A stretch of DNA of 64,000 bases from Octopus sinensis (GCF_006345805.1 NC_043015.1:9610001-9674000); one strand, 5' to 3'. Shown: positions 47,180 through 61,430, counted from the stretch's first letter. Translations and numbers: made by a program. Notes: generated from the sequence alone by a model not told the origin.

Positions 47180-48755
47180 AAAATTAGATACGTTTCGACC
47201 AATGATTGGTCCAAGCCATGCCTAACTTAATAGCACCACCTGATAGGATTATTTGAATCCTGCTTAAGTCAAGCTTTGTTTATGGTCCATTCAAGTAGTG
47301 AGTTTTTGTTGGGTGAGTTGTATCTGGTATTCCTTGAAGGAATCTATCCAGACTCCGTTTAAAGTTGATGGGATCCTGTTCCTCCTTGATCTCTTTCGGG
47401 GCAATGTTAAATAGGGCAGGGCCTGTTGAGGAAAAGAAATTATGTTGTAGTGTACATGTATGCTGTGATCTTGAACTGGGCAGAGGACGTATGGTCCGTG
47501 GTCCCAGTCTTGGATGAAGCTTGAAGCTAATGTTCAGGTCGTTTGGGCAAAGTTGGCGGTATATTCTCCACATCGTACAAATGATGTACCGCTCACGCGA
47601 CGCTGGAGAGAGTAGAGTTTCAAGGCTTTAAGGTGATCCCAATAATCGAGTGCAGCCATGCCTTCAATTCGTTTATTGAGTTCCCTCTGGGGTGATTCAA
47701 TCCTCGAGATGTTTTGTCTTGTATGGGGAGACCACAGTGGGCAGCAGTATTCAAGGTGTGGCCGTACAAGGGATGAGAAAAGTGGTATGATGACACCTTG
47801 TTCTCTGGACCGGAAAGTTCTTAAGATCCAAGAACTCATCCTACGAGCTATATCGCCCTTCTTGTTGATGTGTGCACTCCAACTGAGATCGTCATCAACA
47901 ATTACATCCAGGTCTCTGATATTGTTAGAGGCTGTGAGCGGTTCCCCTGAAGGAAGAGAGTACGGCTCTTTTAGTGAGGAATTTCTTCTAAAATGCATCA
48001 GCTCAAATGTTTCCTCGTTCAGTTGCATTTTGCTTCTGTCTGCCCATTGACTCACAGCATATAGATCCCACTGGAGTTGAGTTCGGTCTGCTTCTTCATT
48101 GAAGATTTGCTGGAACTTAGTGTCATCAGGAAATATTTTCACTTTGCAGTAATGTACGACACTGGAAAGGTCGTTTATGTAGATTATGACGAGTAGCGGA
48201 CCCGGGGGACACCGCTGGTGACTTTTGCTGGGCTTGTGTAGACTCCATCAACTACAACATGTTGTGCTGTATTCGCCAGGAAATACTTGATCCAGTGTAG
48301 AACTTTTCCACGGATTCCAACATTTTCCAATTTTGAGAGTAGGATATTATGGTCTACCCTGTCGAACGCTTTACTGAAGTCAAGGTATATGACATCAGAG
48401 TTCGAACCTGTTCCTAAGGCTTTGAGTACATCTTCAATGTGGTGTAAGAGCTGTGTTAGGCAGTCCCTGCCACAGCGGAAGCCATGCTGATTTGCATTTA
48501 GGAATTTGTGGGTCTCCAGGAAGTCAGCTATCCTTGATCTTAACACTCATTCAAACACTTTGATGATGTGGGAGGTGAGTGAGTTTAGGCGATAGTTGAG
48601 TGCGAGGGATCTGACTGGGATGGAAACTGTTCCGTTATATAACCTGCGTCTAACGATTTTCTCCAGAGGTTGGTCAGAGGGACTGCAAGTTGGTGCCTAC
48701 ATTCCTTCAGGAGACTAGCGGGGAATCAATCAGGGCCTACAACAGAGTAATATTT
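47180..48755 (-). mobile_element. 5'-truncated CR1/L2-group LINE reverse transcriptase pseudogene
   Basis: NQHGFRCGRDC, YLDFSKAFDRVDH, SGVP, FPDDTK (degenerate FADD), LVRPHLEYCCPLWSPH and LKLYSLQRR. Several frameshifts are present; the 3' UTR ends in (TA)n. Confidence 0.92.
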
Positions 48756-48869
48756 GATATCATTTATTGCTGCTATGATGCCAGTGGCAGTGAAGGTTAT
48801 GTCTGTGATTTTATATATACATATATACATATATATTCATATAACTGCATCTTTATATAAATGTTTATA

Positions 48870-48943
<74 letters not shown>

Positions 48944-49009
48944 TATATATATATATGTATGCATATATATATATAAATATACACATACATACACATACAC
49001 ACACCCATC

Positions 49010-49054
<45 letters not shown>

Positions 49055-49129
49055 TAGAAATTATTTCTTTATTCGTATTCGTATTCTTTTCTTTAACAAT
49101 TTTAGATATTTACCTACTCCCATGTATCC

Positions 49130-49290
49130 TAGGCACAAGACCCGATGTTTTTAGGACAGGGGCCAGGCGATTAGATCGACCCCACTATGCAACTGGTATT
49201 TAATTTGAACTAAGAAGGTAAAAAGAGACGAAATACAGCTAAGTATTTCACGCGGCGTGCTAACGTTTCTTATTTTTTTATTGCCCACAA
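49130..49290 (-). mobile_element. SINE family 3, decayed and deleted
   Basis: gatcgacccca.t.tgcaactggtatttaattt and gacgaaatac.gctaag.atttc.cgcggcgtgctaacgtttc are reverse complements of family-3 segments. Confidence 0.65.
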
Positions 49291-50352
49291 GGGGCTAAAT
49301 ATGATTTTATGAATATGGGACACCTCGAATATACGAAAAACCATCACCTTTATAGGATTTTGCAGTATATACTGGATACCAGGCAGGTTTATATTCAGAA
49401 CTTCTATTAATGGATGAAGGAACAACTTGAGCTAGGAAACTACTATTAATATCGTACTTACTTTTAAATGTAGATTTGTGATTATTTCAGGCACAGAATG
49501 ATGAGGAAGCGAAAGGCACTAATATAAAATTGTCCTGAGCAGTATCTCAGCACTTAGACACAACATCTTTCTTTAGGCAATGGCTATTTACTGAACGTTG
49601 ATTGACTATGGCATTTACATATAGGAAAATCAGGTTGATTATTGGTGTGATGCATTTAGCTAAATTACCATTAATAATTTTATTAATAATGATTACTCTG
49701 TATGTATGTATGTATGCCAAAATGTATGTATGCATGTATGTGTCTATGAATCTATATGTATGCATGTATGTATGTATGTATGTATGTATGTATGTATGTA
49801 TGTATGTATATGCCATGATTTCATGAAGGCGAATAGGTCTACGAAATATTTAATCAAAGCAACAAGTTGACGAGTATCACATGAACCATAATGTTCTAAA
49901 GATATACAATTACAGTGTGTACATGGAAGAAAAATTCAGTAAACTTAACAACATAGAGATTGAAAGCATCTCAGTATCTGAGTCGAAAATACCCAAGGAA
50001 AAACAAAATGAAAACAAGTGAAAATAATTCTTGAACTACCTTAGTCGTAAATACATCTCGCAATGATATTTTCAATGTAAATATAATAATAATAAGTTTC
50101 AAGACAATGAATTATCAACAATAATGTTCACCAAGTTCCTGTATATTTTATCCGATAAATATTTTCGAATGGCTGCAGTCCTTTTCACACTTGTTCGCCA
50201 TTTGAAATTTCATTTTATAAGAACTTAAAGAAGTTATTCTAGTGAGGATAAGCAAAGAGTGTGTAATCTAAACAAAGTATGTTTGTTGAATGTAAGCATC
50301 AGCTCATAAAATTTACCACCGAATATACACATACACATATATATATATTATA

Positions 50353-50434
<82 letters not shown>

Positions 50435-50601
50435 AAGTATACATGTATACACTTATATACACGTGTATATATATTTAATATATAATATATATGGATATCT
50501 ATATATATCTGTATATATATATAATATATATATATAATTATATATATTATATATATATATATTATATATATATATGTATGTATGTATATATGTATTTTAT
50601 A

Positions 50602-50638
<37 letters not shown>

Positions 50639-51287
50639 ATGTACGTGTTTACGCATGTGTATGTATTCGTGTGTTTGCGCGTAAGTCTATGTGGGTTTCA
50701 TTCTGTCTGTATGAATCCGTCTATGTATATGTGCCTGTACGTAACTGTACATTAATACATACACCATATTTTCAAATTTATCCTATGTGGAATGTATTGT
50801 TTTCAAGCGTACTTGTAAAATTATAATGGCAAATCATTCTAAATTTACCAAACGTTACAATAGTTTGTTTTGGAATGTACTTACAAATATAATGACAAAA
50901 TATATAACGGTTAATGGCTAGAAGAAATAACAATGTGAACATAAGCATACAGACAATACTTTAATAAAATATAAAGAGGAATAAAATAAAATTATGTTAT
51001 TTTCAGTCTTATCAAAAGAGCAACACATATATATCATTAATGTTTTCGCAAAATGCGGAAAATAATTTTGTAGAATTTAAATTAAAGATACTTCTTTAGA
51101 AAATCAATTCATAATATACATTCAGAAATATGTTCCGATTTTTGTCCGTTCATTATTACAGGAATACACACTCACACGCATAGACCACAATATTTTAAAT
51201 GGCATTTATGCAACTATATATGTATATGTATGTGCGTGCACGGACGTTGTGTATGTAAGCATACATATATATATGTATATATATATA

Positions 51288-51401
<114 letters not shown>

Positions 51402-51613
51402 TATATGTATGTGTGTATGTATGTATATATATATGTATATATACATACGTACATACGCATAAATACGTGGGTGTGGGTATGTGGGGTGGGGTGTATTTAC
51501 ATTTAGGAAAGCTGGAATGTGTTTTCCTGCATATATTTGTGTGTATGTATCCACATTACTTTTATTATGAATATTTTTCTCAAGTCAATATATACACACA
51601 CACACACACACGC

Positions 51614-51680
<67 letters not shown>

Positions 51681-52111
51681 TATATATATGTATGTTTGTA
51701 TGTATTTATGCATGAATGTATGTATGTATGTGTGTATATATGTATGTATAACCACGGTATTATTATAAGAGTCGTAATTTCGGTATGAACATCTATACGA
51801 AATTTATGTAGCATTCTTACCTTTTGTCTGTTTACGTGTATATGTATCGACCTTTTTATGTTTTTTCGTTTTGTTTTTTTTTTGTATTTAGTCGTGATAC
51901 ATTTTGAAGACGATTTTTATAGAAGTTTCTTTTGAAGAGGCACATCTTTTTCAAATTTGTAATTCATAAATATGTATTTTAATAACTCAAAATAATGTTA
52001 TTAAAATATAAGATCATAATACCGCACAGAAGTAAATATATAACTATGTGAGTATATATATAAAAGCATTTATTTAGATATATACGCACTAATATATGAA
52101 TACATATATAA

Positions 52112-52156
<45 letters not shown>

Positions 52157-53430
52157 TATATATATGCTTGTGTGTTCCTATGTGTGCGACCGTGTTTGTG
52201 AGCGTGTGTGTAAGTATGTGTGTTTACTAACGAATGATAGTGAGCTCGATTTTTCTACATCATTTGATGAGGGATAGGTTGAATGTTGATAAAATCAAGA
52301 ATGCTTATATCATAGATTAACTAGAGATGAAACAATCCTCACCATTCTTGCACCTCTATTCTAAACTCGCTTGACTAAATATCTATTTAATACGTATCCC
52401 TAGTTTCAGGTAGCGACCGAATTAATCATGAATTAATATCTTGCAGTATAATATGCTAAAAAATTGTTGATAAATAATTTCACACACATAGCCATGTAAA
52501 CGCGTGTGCGATTCACTGAATATTTGCGTATATAGATGCGGTTGTACTTTAAACAGTGTTTAATATTAAATGTAGCTGTTTAATTTCTTTAACTTTAGAG
52601 CACAACATCAACTCATGTCATACACGAAATCTATCAAATACTGCGATATATGAAATAGCTCAATGATGATTTGGACATTATACCTGAAAGACAAGAGACA
52701 TACTCGTTTAAGAGTACATTTTTTCCAAAAGTAAAATAATTTTCCTGATAAGATCTATGATGCGGATTTGATCCACCAATCCTCCTGATACATAATTGCT
52801 CGGCACATTCATATCACTGATCAACAAGATCCTACAATAACTGGACACGGCAAAGCAATATTTTATTTTTCAGTCATTAGGTAAACCTTTTATTTCCTTA
52901 GCGACAGAAGCGGTCATTCCAAGAACATATTTGTTTTTTCGGTTACTGTTTACACGCGTGAATGTTAGCCCTTGTAACTAACAAATAATATCTATAAAAA
53001 GTACGGAACAAATATAGCTGCATCAATGTAACACACCAATGTAAGCAATCTTCTTTAAAGGATATGATAAATAAGGTTATTTCTACTGAAATGTCCCCGA
53101 TACAAAGCGACTTTCATGCACAAAATGGACAAATAACGAGGTAACTGAATGCAAATGCTAGAAATATGAGCACAATTCCAGTCTAATGTTACAAGCACTT
53201 TCCTGATCAAAATAAACAATATAATTTATATACTTTTATTAATCATTGATAAGAGACTAAACTAAGATCATAAGTGCGGCGTCTGTCGACGAATATTAAG
53301 TACTCTATACTTGGCACAATAAAAGAAATATGTATCAAATTAAATATATAACATAAATATTATCTGACATATTTAATTCATATAACTTCGTTCCTGTCAG
53401 TAAGAGTACGTCTGAGTTTGTGTTTGTATG

Positions 53431-53473
<43 letters not shown>

Positions 53474-53808
53474 GGTAGATATATAGATATATACATACAT
53501 AAACGTACAAGCCTGTGTAAATACACATAGACGATTATGCATATGTAGACATACGCATAGTAGTAAGAAATTAAAATGTTACGGGTATAAGAAATGATGT
53601 TATAAACTCCAGTAGTTTACACCTGTTTTGCTGTAAGATGCAATGCACTCTTACTCAAATGTTTGTATGTCACTCTGTCTATTTATTTCAGCTTCAAATA
53701 TGATGGGCACCTTATTACCTCTCTGTACTAGATTGACGCTATATTCTGAAGCATATTCTGTGTTATAAAACCAAGTTATTAATAGAGTTATACCAAATAA
53801 ACACAACA

Positions 53809-53816
53809 ATAATAAC

Positions 53817-53907
<91 letters not shown>
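53809..53907. repeat. (AAT)n microsatellite forming the 5' flank of the Dong-like element
   Basis: Direct reading. Confidence 0.95.
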
Positions 53908-53909
<2 letters not shown>

Positions 53910-56603
53910 GCTCCGCAAATATAACATCACAGAAAAAGATTTGCCGGAGATAAAAGAAAAGCTGAAGCAAGATATCCTTGCCAAAGCTCAAAGGATCCGC
54001 CGGTACAAGAAACGCCAACGCTTCTTTGAACAGAAGAAAAAGTTCAACTCCAACCCCAAAAAGATCTACCAAGAACTGCAGCACCAACGGCAGAAGAATT
54101 GGAAGAATTCTGGAGAGAAATATGGTCGGCGAACGAACAGCCAAAAAAAAGGAGTATGAAAATAACAAACTCGGCATCTGAACAACTTTGGACCCCCATA
54201 ACAACTGAAGAGGTCACCCAGGCACTGCAAAAACTAAGCAACTGGAAGGCACCTGGGCATGACAAGATCCCCAACTTCTGGTTGAAATATCTAACAGGAA
54301 TGCACAAAAAGCTGGCTGAAAACTTTAACAGCATACTAGCAGAGCCAAAGACAATGCCTGAATGGCTCACGAAGGGGAAAACCATCTTAATTCCCAAATC
54401 AAATGAAACAACAAAACCAGAAAACTACAGACCAATAACCTGCCTCCCTACTATGTTCAAGGCATTTACTGCAGTGATATCGCAAAGGCTGAACAAGCAC
54501 CTGGACGAAAACAACTGTTCCCAGAAGAGCAGAAAGGATGCCGCAAGGGCTCATATGGCTGTAAAGATCAACTAATGATTAATAAAGCCGTAACTGAAGA
54601 CAGCCACAGAAAGAAGAAAGGCCTCAGTATGGCCTGGATTGACTACAAAAAGGCGTTTGATAGCATCCGCCACACATGGATCCTCGAAACACTAGCCATT
54701 AACAAAGTAGCACCAACAATCATAAAATTCATAGAGCACTCTATGAATAAATGGCAAACAGTCCTACACCTCCAAACAAAAGAGGGACTCATGAAAACCA
54801 AAGACATCCCCATTAGAAGAGGAATATTCCAGGGAGACACGCTCTCTCCACTCCTTTTCTGCTTGGCACTGTCACCTCTATCTGATATGCTAAATAAACT
54901 GGATGCGGATATAAATGTTACGGCAAAACGATCAGCCACCTTTTATATATGGATGACCTAAAACTATACGCTGCAAATGACAAACAGCTGGAAACACTAT
55001 TAAAGACAGTTCATGGATTTACCAAAGAAATAGATATGAAATTTGGATTAGAAAAATGCGCCAAAGTAACCATGAAAAGAGGAAAACTAGTTAAGAGTAA
55101 CAACATCACACTAGATAAAACCAATGAAATAAAAGAATTAGACCAAAGCCAAACTTACAAATACTTAGGAATCCACGAACTAGATAAGACACAACACACA
55201 CAAATGAAAGAGAAAATAAGAAAGAATATTATAGACGAGTTAGATCAATACTAAAAACAGAGCTCAATGCTAAAAACAAGATATAGGTATCAACACTTTA
55301 GCTGTCCCAGTTATAAGTTACAGCTACAATATCCTTAACTGGACACGAAATGAACTGTCCAAAATAGATAGGAAAACAAGAAAAATACTGACAGGATCTA
55401 GGATGCATCACCCAAAATCTGACATAGAAAGACTATATATACAACGTATAGAAGGTGGTAGGGGCCTTATACAGCTGGAAAACTACTATAAAATAACCAC
55501 CATAGGACTGCAAAAATACCTACTTCAGAAGGAAGGAAAACTGATCCAGATAGCAGCAAAACACGAGCAAAACAAAAAACTCTTCTCAGTATTTAAGGAA
55601 GCTGACAAATACAAACAAGAAATCATACCACCTAATAAACACAAAGAAGAAGACGAAGATGATGAAGAAACAACAAAAGCTATAAAACAAATGAAATCCA
55701 AACTAAAAATAGAACAGCAACGAACCATGATAAAACGATGACAAGAAAAGCCCCTTCATGGTAAATACTGCACTAAACTAAACGCAAAAGAAATAGACAA
55801 AGAAAAATCCCAGCAATGGTTAAGAAACTCAGGACTCAAAGCAGAAACAGAGGGATTTTTAATTGCAGCACAAGACCAAAGCCTCCCCACCAGAAATTAC
55901 CAAAAACATGTAATGAAAAGAAATATTACAAGTAACTGCAGAATATGTGGAGATGGACAAGAAACAATAAATCATATTATCTCTAGCTGCCCAGTCCTGG
56001 CTAAGAAGGAATATATTCACAGACATGACAGAGTTGGAACCTACATACATTATGAAGCTATGCCAACATTATGGAATAACAACAGAAAAAAGATGGTATA
56101 GGCACACACCAGAAAAGGTCACAGAAAACGAGAAAGCAACCATACTCTGGGATATGCCGAAAGACATAGATAGAGAAATTAAGGCCAACAGACCAGATAT
56201 AGTTGTCAGAGATCATGAAGAAAAAGAATGCTTTCTAATTGATGTATCAATACCGGCAGATGACAACGTGTCTCTAAAAGAAATGGAGAAACTCTCAAAA
56301 TACAAAGACCTGGAAATAGAGATAACTAGAATGTGGAACCTGAAAACAGAAACAATTCCTATCATAGTAGGTGCATTATGCATGATAAAAAAATATTCAG
56401 AAAATACATAACAAAAACACCAGGACTTACAAACACATATAACATACAGAAAATTGCACTACTAGGCACTGCACACATCCTACGCAGGACACTTTCCATA
56501 CAATAACCATCAGAGCATCACAACAAATCACAGCACATACCCAAGGCACACAGAGCTGCGCTCGGTAGTGAAGTGAAAGCATGCTATAAAAATAAAACTA
56601 CTG
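53908..56603 (+). mobile_element. R4/Dong-type non-LTR retrotransposon, 5' truncated and inactivated (RT, CCHC knuckle, restriction-like endonuclease, 3' UTR)
   Basis: KAPGHD, NYRPITCLP, WIDYKKAFDS, GIFQGDTLSP, YMDDLKLYA, CRICGDGQETINHIISSC and NRPDIVV..LIDVSIP..EKLSKYKDL. Multiple frameshifts and stops; (AAT)n on both sides. Confidence 0.95.
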
Positions 56604-56679
56604 AATAATAATAATAATAATAATGATGGTGGTGGTGATAATGATGATGATGATAATAATACTAATAAATTCTCTGACA

Positions 56680-57067
56680 TTGGCACCCATGGCTTCTGAT
56701 CTTAACTGATTGGAAGTGTTATTATGTATATTGTTTTGTCTTGGGGGAGCAGCATCTCCTTGTTTTGAAAGAAATTCTTCAGAGTATGAATAATTCGCCT
56801 TTGGAGAAATGGGTGTTTGGTTCAACATTCTTAAACAATCCTTGTTCAGGGACTATTTGGTCTGGATAGTCTACTCGACCAACAGAAAATTCTAGCGGAG
56901 CCCCACCTGTAAATCCATGTCCTGAATATCTTGTTTTGAGGTCACCTTATAGCGCACACATGGTTGTGATGCATGGGCCTGATAGATGGGTAATCATCAT
57001 GGATATACTTGGCTTCGTATATTTTACCACAGTGTCACTTTGCTGACGTGCACTGCTTTCTCACTCA
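56680..57067 (+). mobile_element. Non-coding (TAA)n-associated element, copy C (internally deleted)
   Basis: atggcttctgatcttaactgattggaagtgttat...gcttcgtatattttacc.cagtgtcactttg...ctcactc is colinear with 3370-3903, with ~140 bp missing after gtcttgg. Confidence 0.75.
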
Positions 57068-57090
57068 ACGATGATGATAATAATAATAAT

Positions 57091-57510
57091 TAGCCCAGAA
57101 CGAATATAAGATGCGCCATACCAATCAATGTACGCCAGTAGCTAAAAAAAATATGAGACGCCAGGACAATATAGCAAGGCTTCTCCATTGGTCACTTTGC
57201 AAGAAGTATGGACTTGACAGCAAAATATTGGTACGACCATAAAGGCATCATCGAAAATGATAATGCAAACATCCTATGGGTTTTTTATAATTCAGTGCGA
57301 CCATGAGATAGGAAATAAGAAGTCAGATATAGTCTTAATTGAGGAAGAAAGCAAATTATGCCGGATCAAAGATATAGCATGCCCAACTAACAACAAGGTA
57401 TGCAATAATGAAGAATAAAGTTCGATATATATGAGAGGTTAGCTTGGGAGGTAAAGTAGTTGTGGTCGATGAAAAAGGTGGCAGTTGTACCAATAATTGT
57501 CGGCTTTTTT
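57091..57510 (+). mobile_element. R4/Dong-type relic, third subfamily
   Basis: RRQDNIARLLHWSLCKKYGL..WYDH..IIENDNANILW..IQCDHEI..KSDIVLI..DIACP..LWSMKKVAVVPIIVG across frameshifts. It starts directly after (AAT)n. Confidence 0.8.
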
Positions 57511-59463
57511 TACGCGCCATTAATTTAGCTTCATTTCCTTCAACAACACTTTTGAAAGTGTGATCTAGTATATCTACGGACCAATTACTAAAACATGCTA
57601 AACGTAACTTTGTAAACATAGTCTGGGAACTATATTTGCGACGGTGAATCTCATTCTGTCTTGAAGTTACCTTAAATTGAGCCAACAATACAACGCATAC
57701 GAAATCTCACTATTCTCTCAAGCCAACCACCATCTTTAATCGCACAGAAGAAACTTTTGATTTTAAGCCAGACTCACATTGTGTTAACCTCAGTCATTAA
57801 ATTCAGCCCAGTAATCACCCAAAACATTTTACTGTGTTCAACTTTCAAGTAAGCAAAGATTTTAGCACAAACTCCGTGAAGCTTGCTTAGAACCCATTTG
57901 AGTGCAGTAACATATTGTTATACAGTCACCTATTGATAACTTGGAGGTGAGCTTCTCTTGATTTCACATATTTTCTGATATTATTCAGTCTACAATGAAT
58001 TATGACTATTTTCCACCGATTGAACTTCAGGCAGGAGTAAATGAAAACGGAATCTATAGAAATAAAATGCGTATTAAACACATGCATCAGAATCTAAGTA
58101 GATCTCAAATGAAAACAAAAGAATAAGCAAACTTTAAATTTACAAATGTTCATAATTAGATATTCGAGCGTACCGGTGAACGATGGCAATTAATAAAAGC
58201 ATACATGAATGCAGCTTAATATATATTTAATTTAGACTGTCTGGGTGTCACTCAAAATATAACAGTTCCTAATTTAAAATTTGCAGTCTTCTCATATATT
58301 TTTGAATGTAAACATCAAACATTAAAACAGTAATTATATTTCAAGATATTAAAAAATGCCTCAAGATATAAAATATAGAAAGTGTTGAAAACATAATAAA
58401 TCCTTTTTGAAAGAATTGCCTAATTCTGTATAGAAAATGCAATAAATGACTGTATGAAACCAATAATTAGATCAACCATTTTAACCCTTCATATGGGTGT
58501 TGCTCTATATTCGTTGAGAAATGAAAATATAATGAACATATCAGGAATTTGTGACATTAAGTGTATATACTGTGATCGGTAATGGAATTGGTTATTCCTT
58601 CAATGATATCTATGTATGAAACTCCCTCGGTATTCTAATATGATTAATACTGTGTGACTAAAATGGGAAATCATGCAGTAGCAGCCAGGAGACATTCACT
58701 AACATACAAATTACTGCTACTTATGGGATAAATACTTTTAAGGAGTTTAATAAGAATGGAAGGAACTTAACCCGCATTATTTCCTTCAAATTAGCCATAA
58801 CGTAAACCTTCTAGGTGAAGTAATCTCGTTGTAAATTGTCTTGGAGCAATCAATTTGCTGACCATGGAAAAACGATAAATCTCGACACATTACCTTTCGG
58901 TTGCAAACTACCCTCCAAATATATGGCGCATTTGTGCATGGAGAAACCAACTGGTATCGCAAAGTAATATAGTGTGCTCTTCAAATAGAATGGGTATAAT
59001 GAGTATAGATACACCACACAAGACAAAGCGAATCACATAAGAATGGCCACTGAAAAGGTGATGACAGTAGCTGTGCTCCAACATGACCGTGGTGTGTATA
59101 TATATGTACGAAACTAGGCTTTTAGTTGTGCTTTTAGTTCCACCTGAGCGAAATATCTATCCATCTCTCTATCTATCTATCTCTCTATATATGTATGCAT
59201 GTATGTATATATCTATACATCCACACACACGCACATCAATATATATATATGTGTAGGGGGTGTACGTATAATAGAAGGTTTGGAGATGATGTACAGGTAT
59301 TTTATATTAGAAGAAATGAGGTACTCAGAAATTCGGATGGTTTTATATTTACAGATATTTATTTGTATATTACATTTTTTAATACATCATATATCATATG
59401 TCATATATCAAATAATAGCGCTTTCGTCCATTCTAGTGGATTTGTCAAATTGAACTGTACGTG

Positions 59464-59495
<32 letters not shown>

Positions 59496-59769
59496 CAAAC
59501 AGACTGAGAAAGAGAAAGTGTGAAACAGACAGGTATAGGGGGATATAGATATATACATATATCCATGCATACATGTACACACATACCTATATACATACAT
59601 ACATGCATACATACACACACATACTTACATACATACATAAATAGGCAGATATGTCTGTGTGCAAATCGTTCTGTTTAGATGTTTATATAATCACTATGTA
59701 ATATTCATGCAGAATTTTTGCACATTGCCAGCAAATTCGGAGAAGGGAATACGTCAATTATATGGACCT

Positions 59770-60365
59770 CTTCACTCGGCTGGTACTACTTTTATCGACC
59801 ACGAGAGGATGTATGGGAAAGTCGACCTCGGCGGAATTTGAAATCAGAACGTTTGTATTTACGTTCAGAGTGGGAACTCCACCGAGGTCAACTTTGTCTT
59901 TCATCCTTTCGGGGTCGATAAATTAAATACCAGTTGCGTACTGCGGTCTATGTAATTCACTGGCTCCCTCTCCCAAAACGTCAGGCCTTCTGCCTAGAGT
60001 GGAGAAGAATATTCATGTAACATTTTTGCCCACTACCAGCAATTTCAGACAAGTGCATACGTCAATAATACGAACCACTTCCCTTAACTTAACTGGTACT
60101 TATTTTATCGCCCACGATAAAATGGAAGGCAAACTAGATCTGGGTGGAATTTGAAATCAGAATGTAAAGAAGGATGAAATGTTCACTATCGAATATTAGT
60201 AATATGACGAGTAGGCCCAATCGTTAGCACTCAGGCTTTAAATGTTAGAAGCATTTCATTCGTCTTTTCGTTCTGAATTCAAATTCACACGAGGTCGACT
60301 TTACCTTCCATCGGTGTTGATAAATTAAATATCAGTGATCACGAGGTTAATGTAATCGATTTGCG
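59770..60365. mobile_element. Four family-3 SINE pieces arranged as two head-to-head inverted pairs
   Basis: Minus copy ~59770-59852 with plus copy ~59861-60010; minus copy ~60080-60175 with plus copy ~60210-60365. Confidence 0.7.
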
Positions 60366-60510
60366 CCCTATTTTGGAATCTATATTATGCTTAATATTCT
60401 AACAAATAATTCAAACATTTTTCAGCGTACCAATAATATCTATATTATAATGCAGAATGCTGCTTAGTAATTAGCTTTGTAACAATTAGTAAAAAACTTT
60501 AAAAAAAGGA

Positions 60511-61430
60511 ATTATTAAAGAGTTGACCATCTGAAAATATTTTTATAAATTTCTTTTCTAAGAAATCTATATATATAAAGCTCAACTTGTGTGTATGTGT
60601 ATGTATCTGTGTGTGTGTCTGTGTGTTTAACTTCCGGGCACATGTCATCCTAGCAAACAAATCGTAGAACCAACAAAATGGGTCACTTAAATTTTAGGCG
60701 AATGAAAATTGAACTGCGCTATTTTTGTTCCGAAATTCATTGCGCAGGTGCAAAAATCGATAATATGTTTGTTTAGGCCATATCGCATGCATTGAATAGT
60801 GAACTTTACTCGGTCAGCTGTGTGACGTGAACTGTGTTCACCACGCGTGCAAGCATGCGTGAATTGCATAAAAAATGAAAAAATCAAGATATAAAAACGA
60901 ATCGCCGTAAACATTGTAGAAATTCGGCAAAGAATTAGAATTTTCGGGATGTAGCCTGGAGGGCTTTTTCGTATTAATCGTTTGGACTTTGTGAACACAT
61001 ACCAATTATTTTCATAACATTTTTAACGCTTTGAATTAAATGTGACCATTTTGCAAAGCTATAACTGCTATAACTTCTAGTTTCCTATAATTTCGATTTG
61101 TCAAGTTTCTTGAATTTTTTTAACCTCCATTTTCTCGCAAATCTAAATATTCATTGCATTCACTACGGAGTATTCCATTCTCATTCGCAAACCATCTCAC
61201 TTTTCCTTCATTATTTTTCATTCGCTATTGTTAAAGAGTTGTCCATCTGAAATTACTTTTATAAATTTCTGTTCTAAGACATTTTCTATAATTTCGATTT
61301 GTCAAGTTTCTTGAATTTTTTAAACCTCTAATTTCTCGCAAATTTAAATATTCATTGCATTCATTATGGAGTATTCCATCCTCATTTGCAAACCTCTCAC
61401 TTTTCCATTTATGCTTTCATTCGCTATTTA
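60511..61430. repeat. 201-bp tandem repeat (partial unit 60511-60565, full unit 61081-61281, partial unit 61282-61430) interrupted by the Helitron
   Basis: ctataatttcgatttgtcaagtttcttgaatttttt recurs at 61085 and 61286; ttaaagagttg.ccatctgaaa...ctaaga recurs at 60515 and 61231. Confidence 0.8.
60566..61080 (+). mobile_element. Non-autonomous Helitron, second copy with a different 3' end
   Basis: Starts A|TCTATATATATAAA, is colinear with 12500-12983 up to 61053, then ends caaagctataactgctataactt-CTAG|T. Confidence 0.8.

Noticed and set aside
49300-49540. Acceptor-like ttatttcag followed by AQNDEEAKGTNIKLS*, and a DFAVYTG piggyBac-like word
   Set aside because: No linked upstream exon, several in-frame stops, and a single short motif is insufficient.
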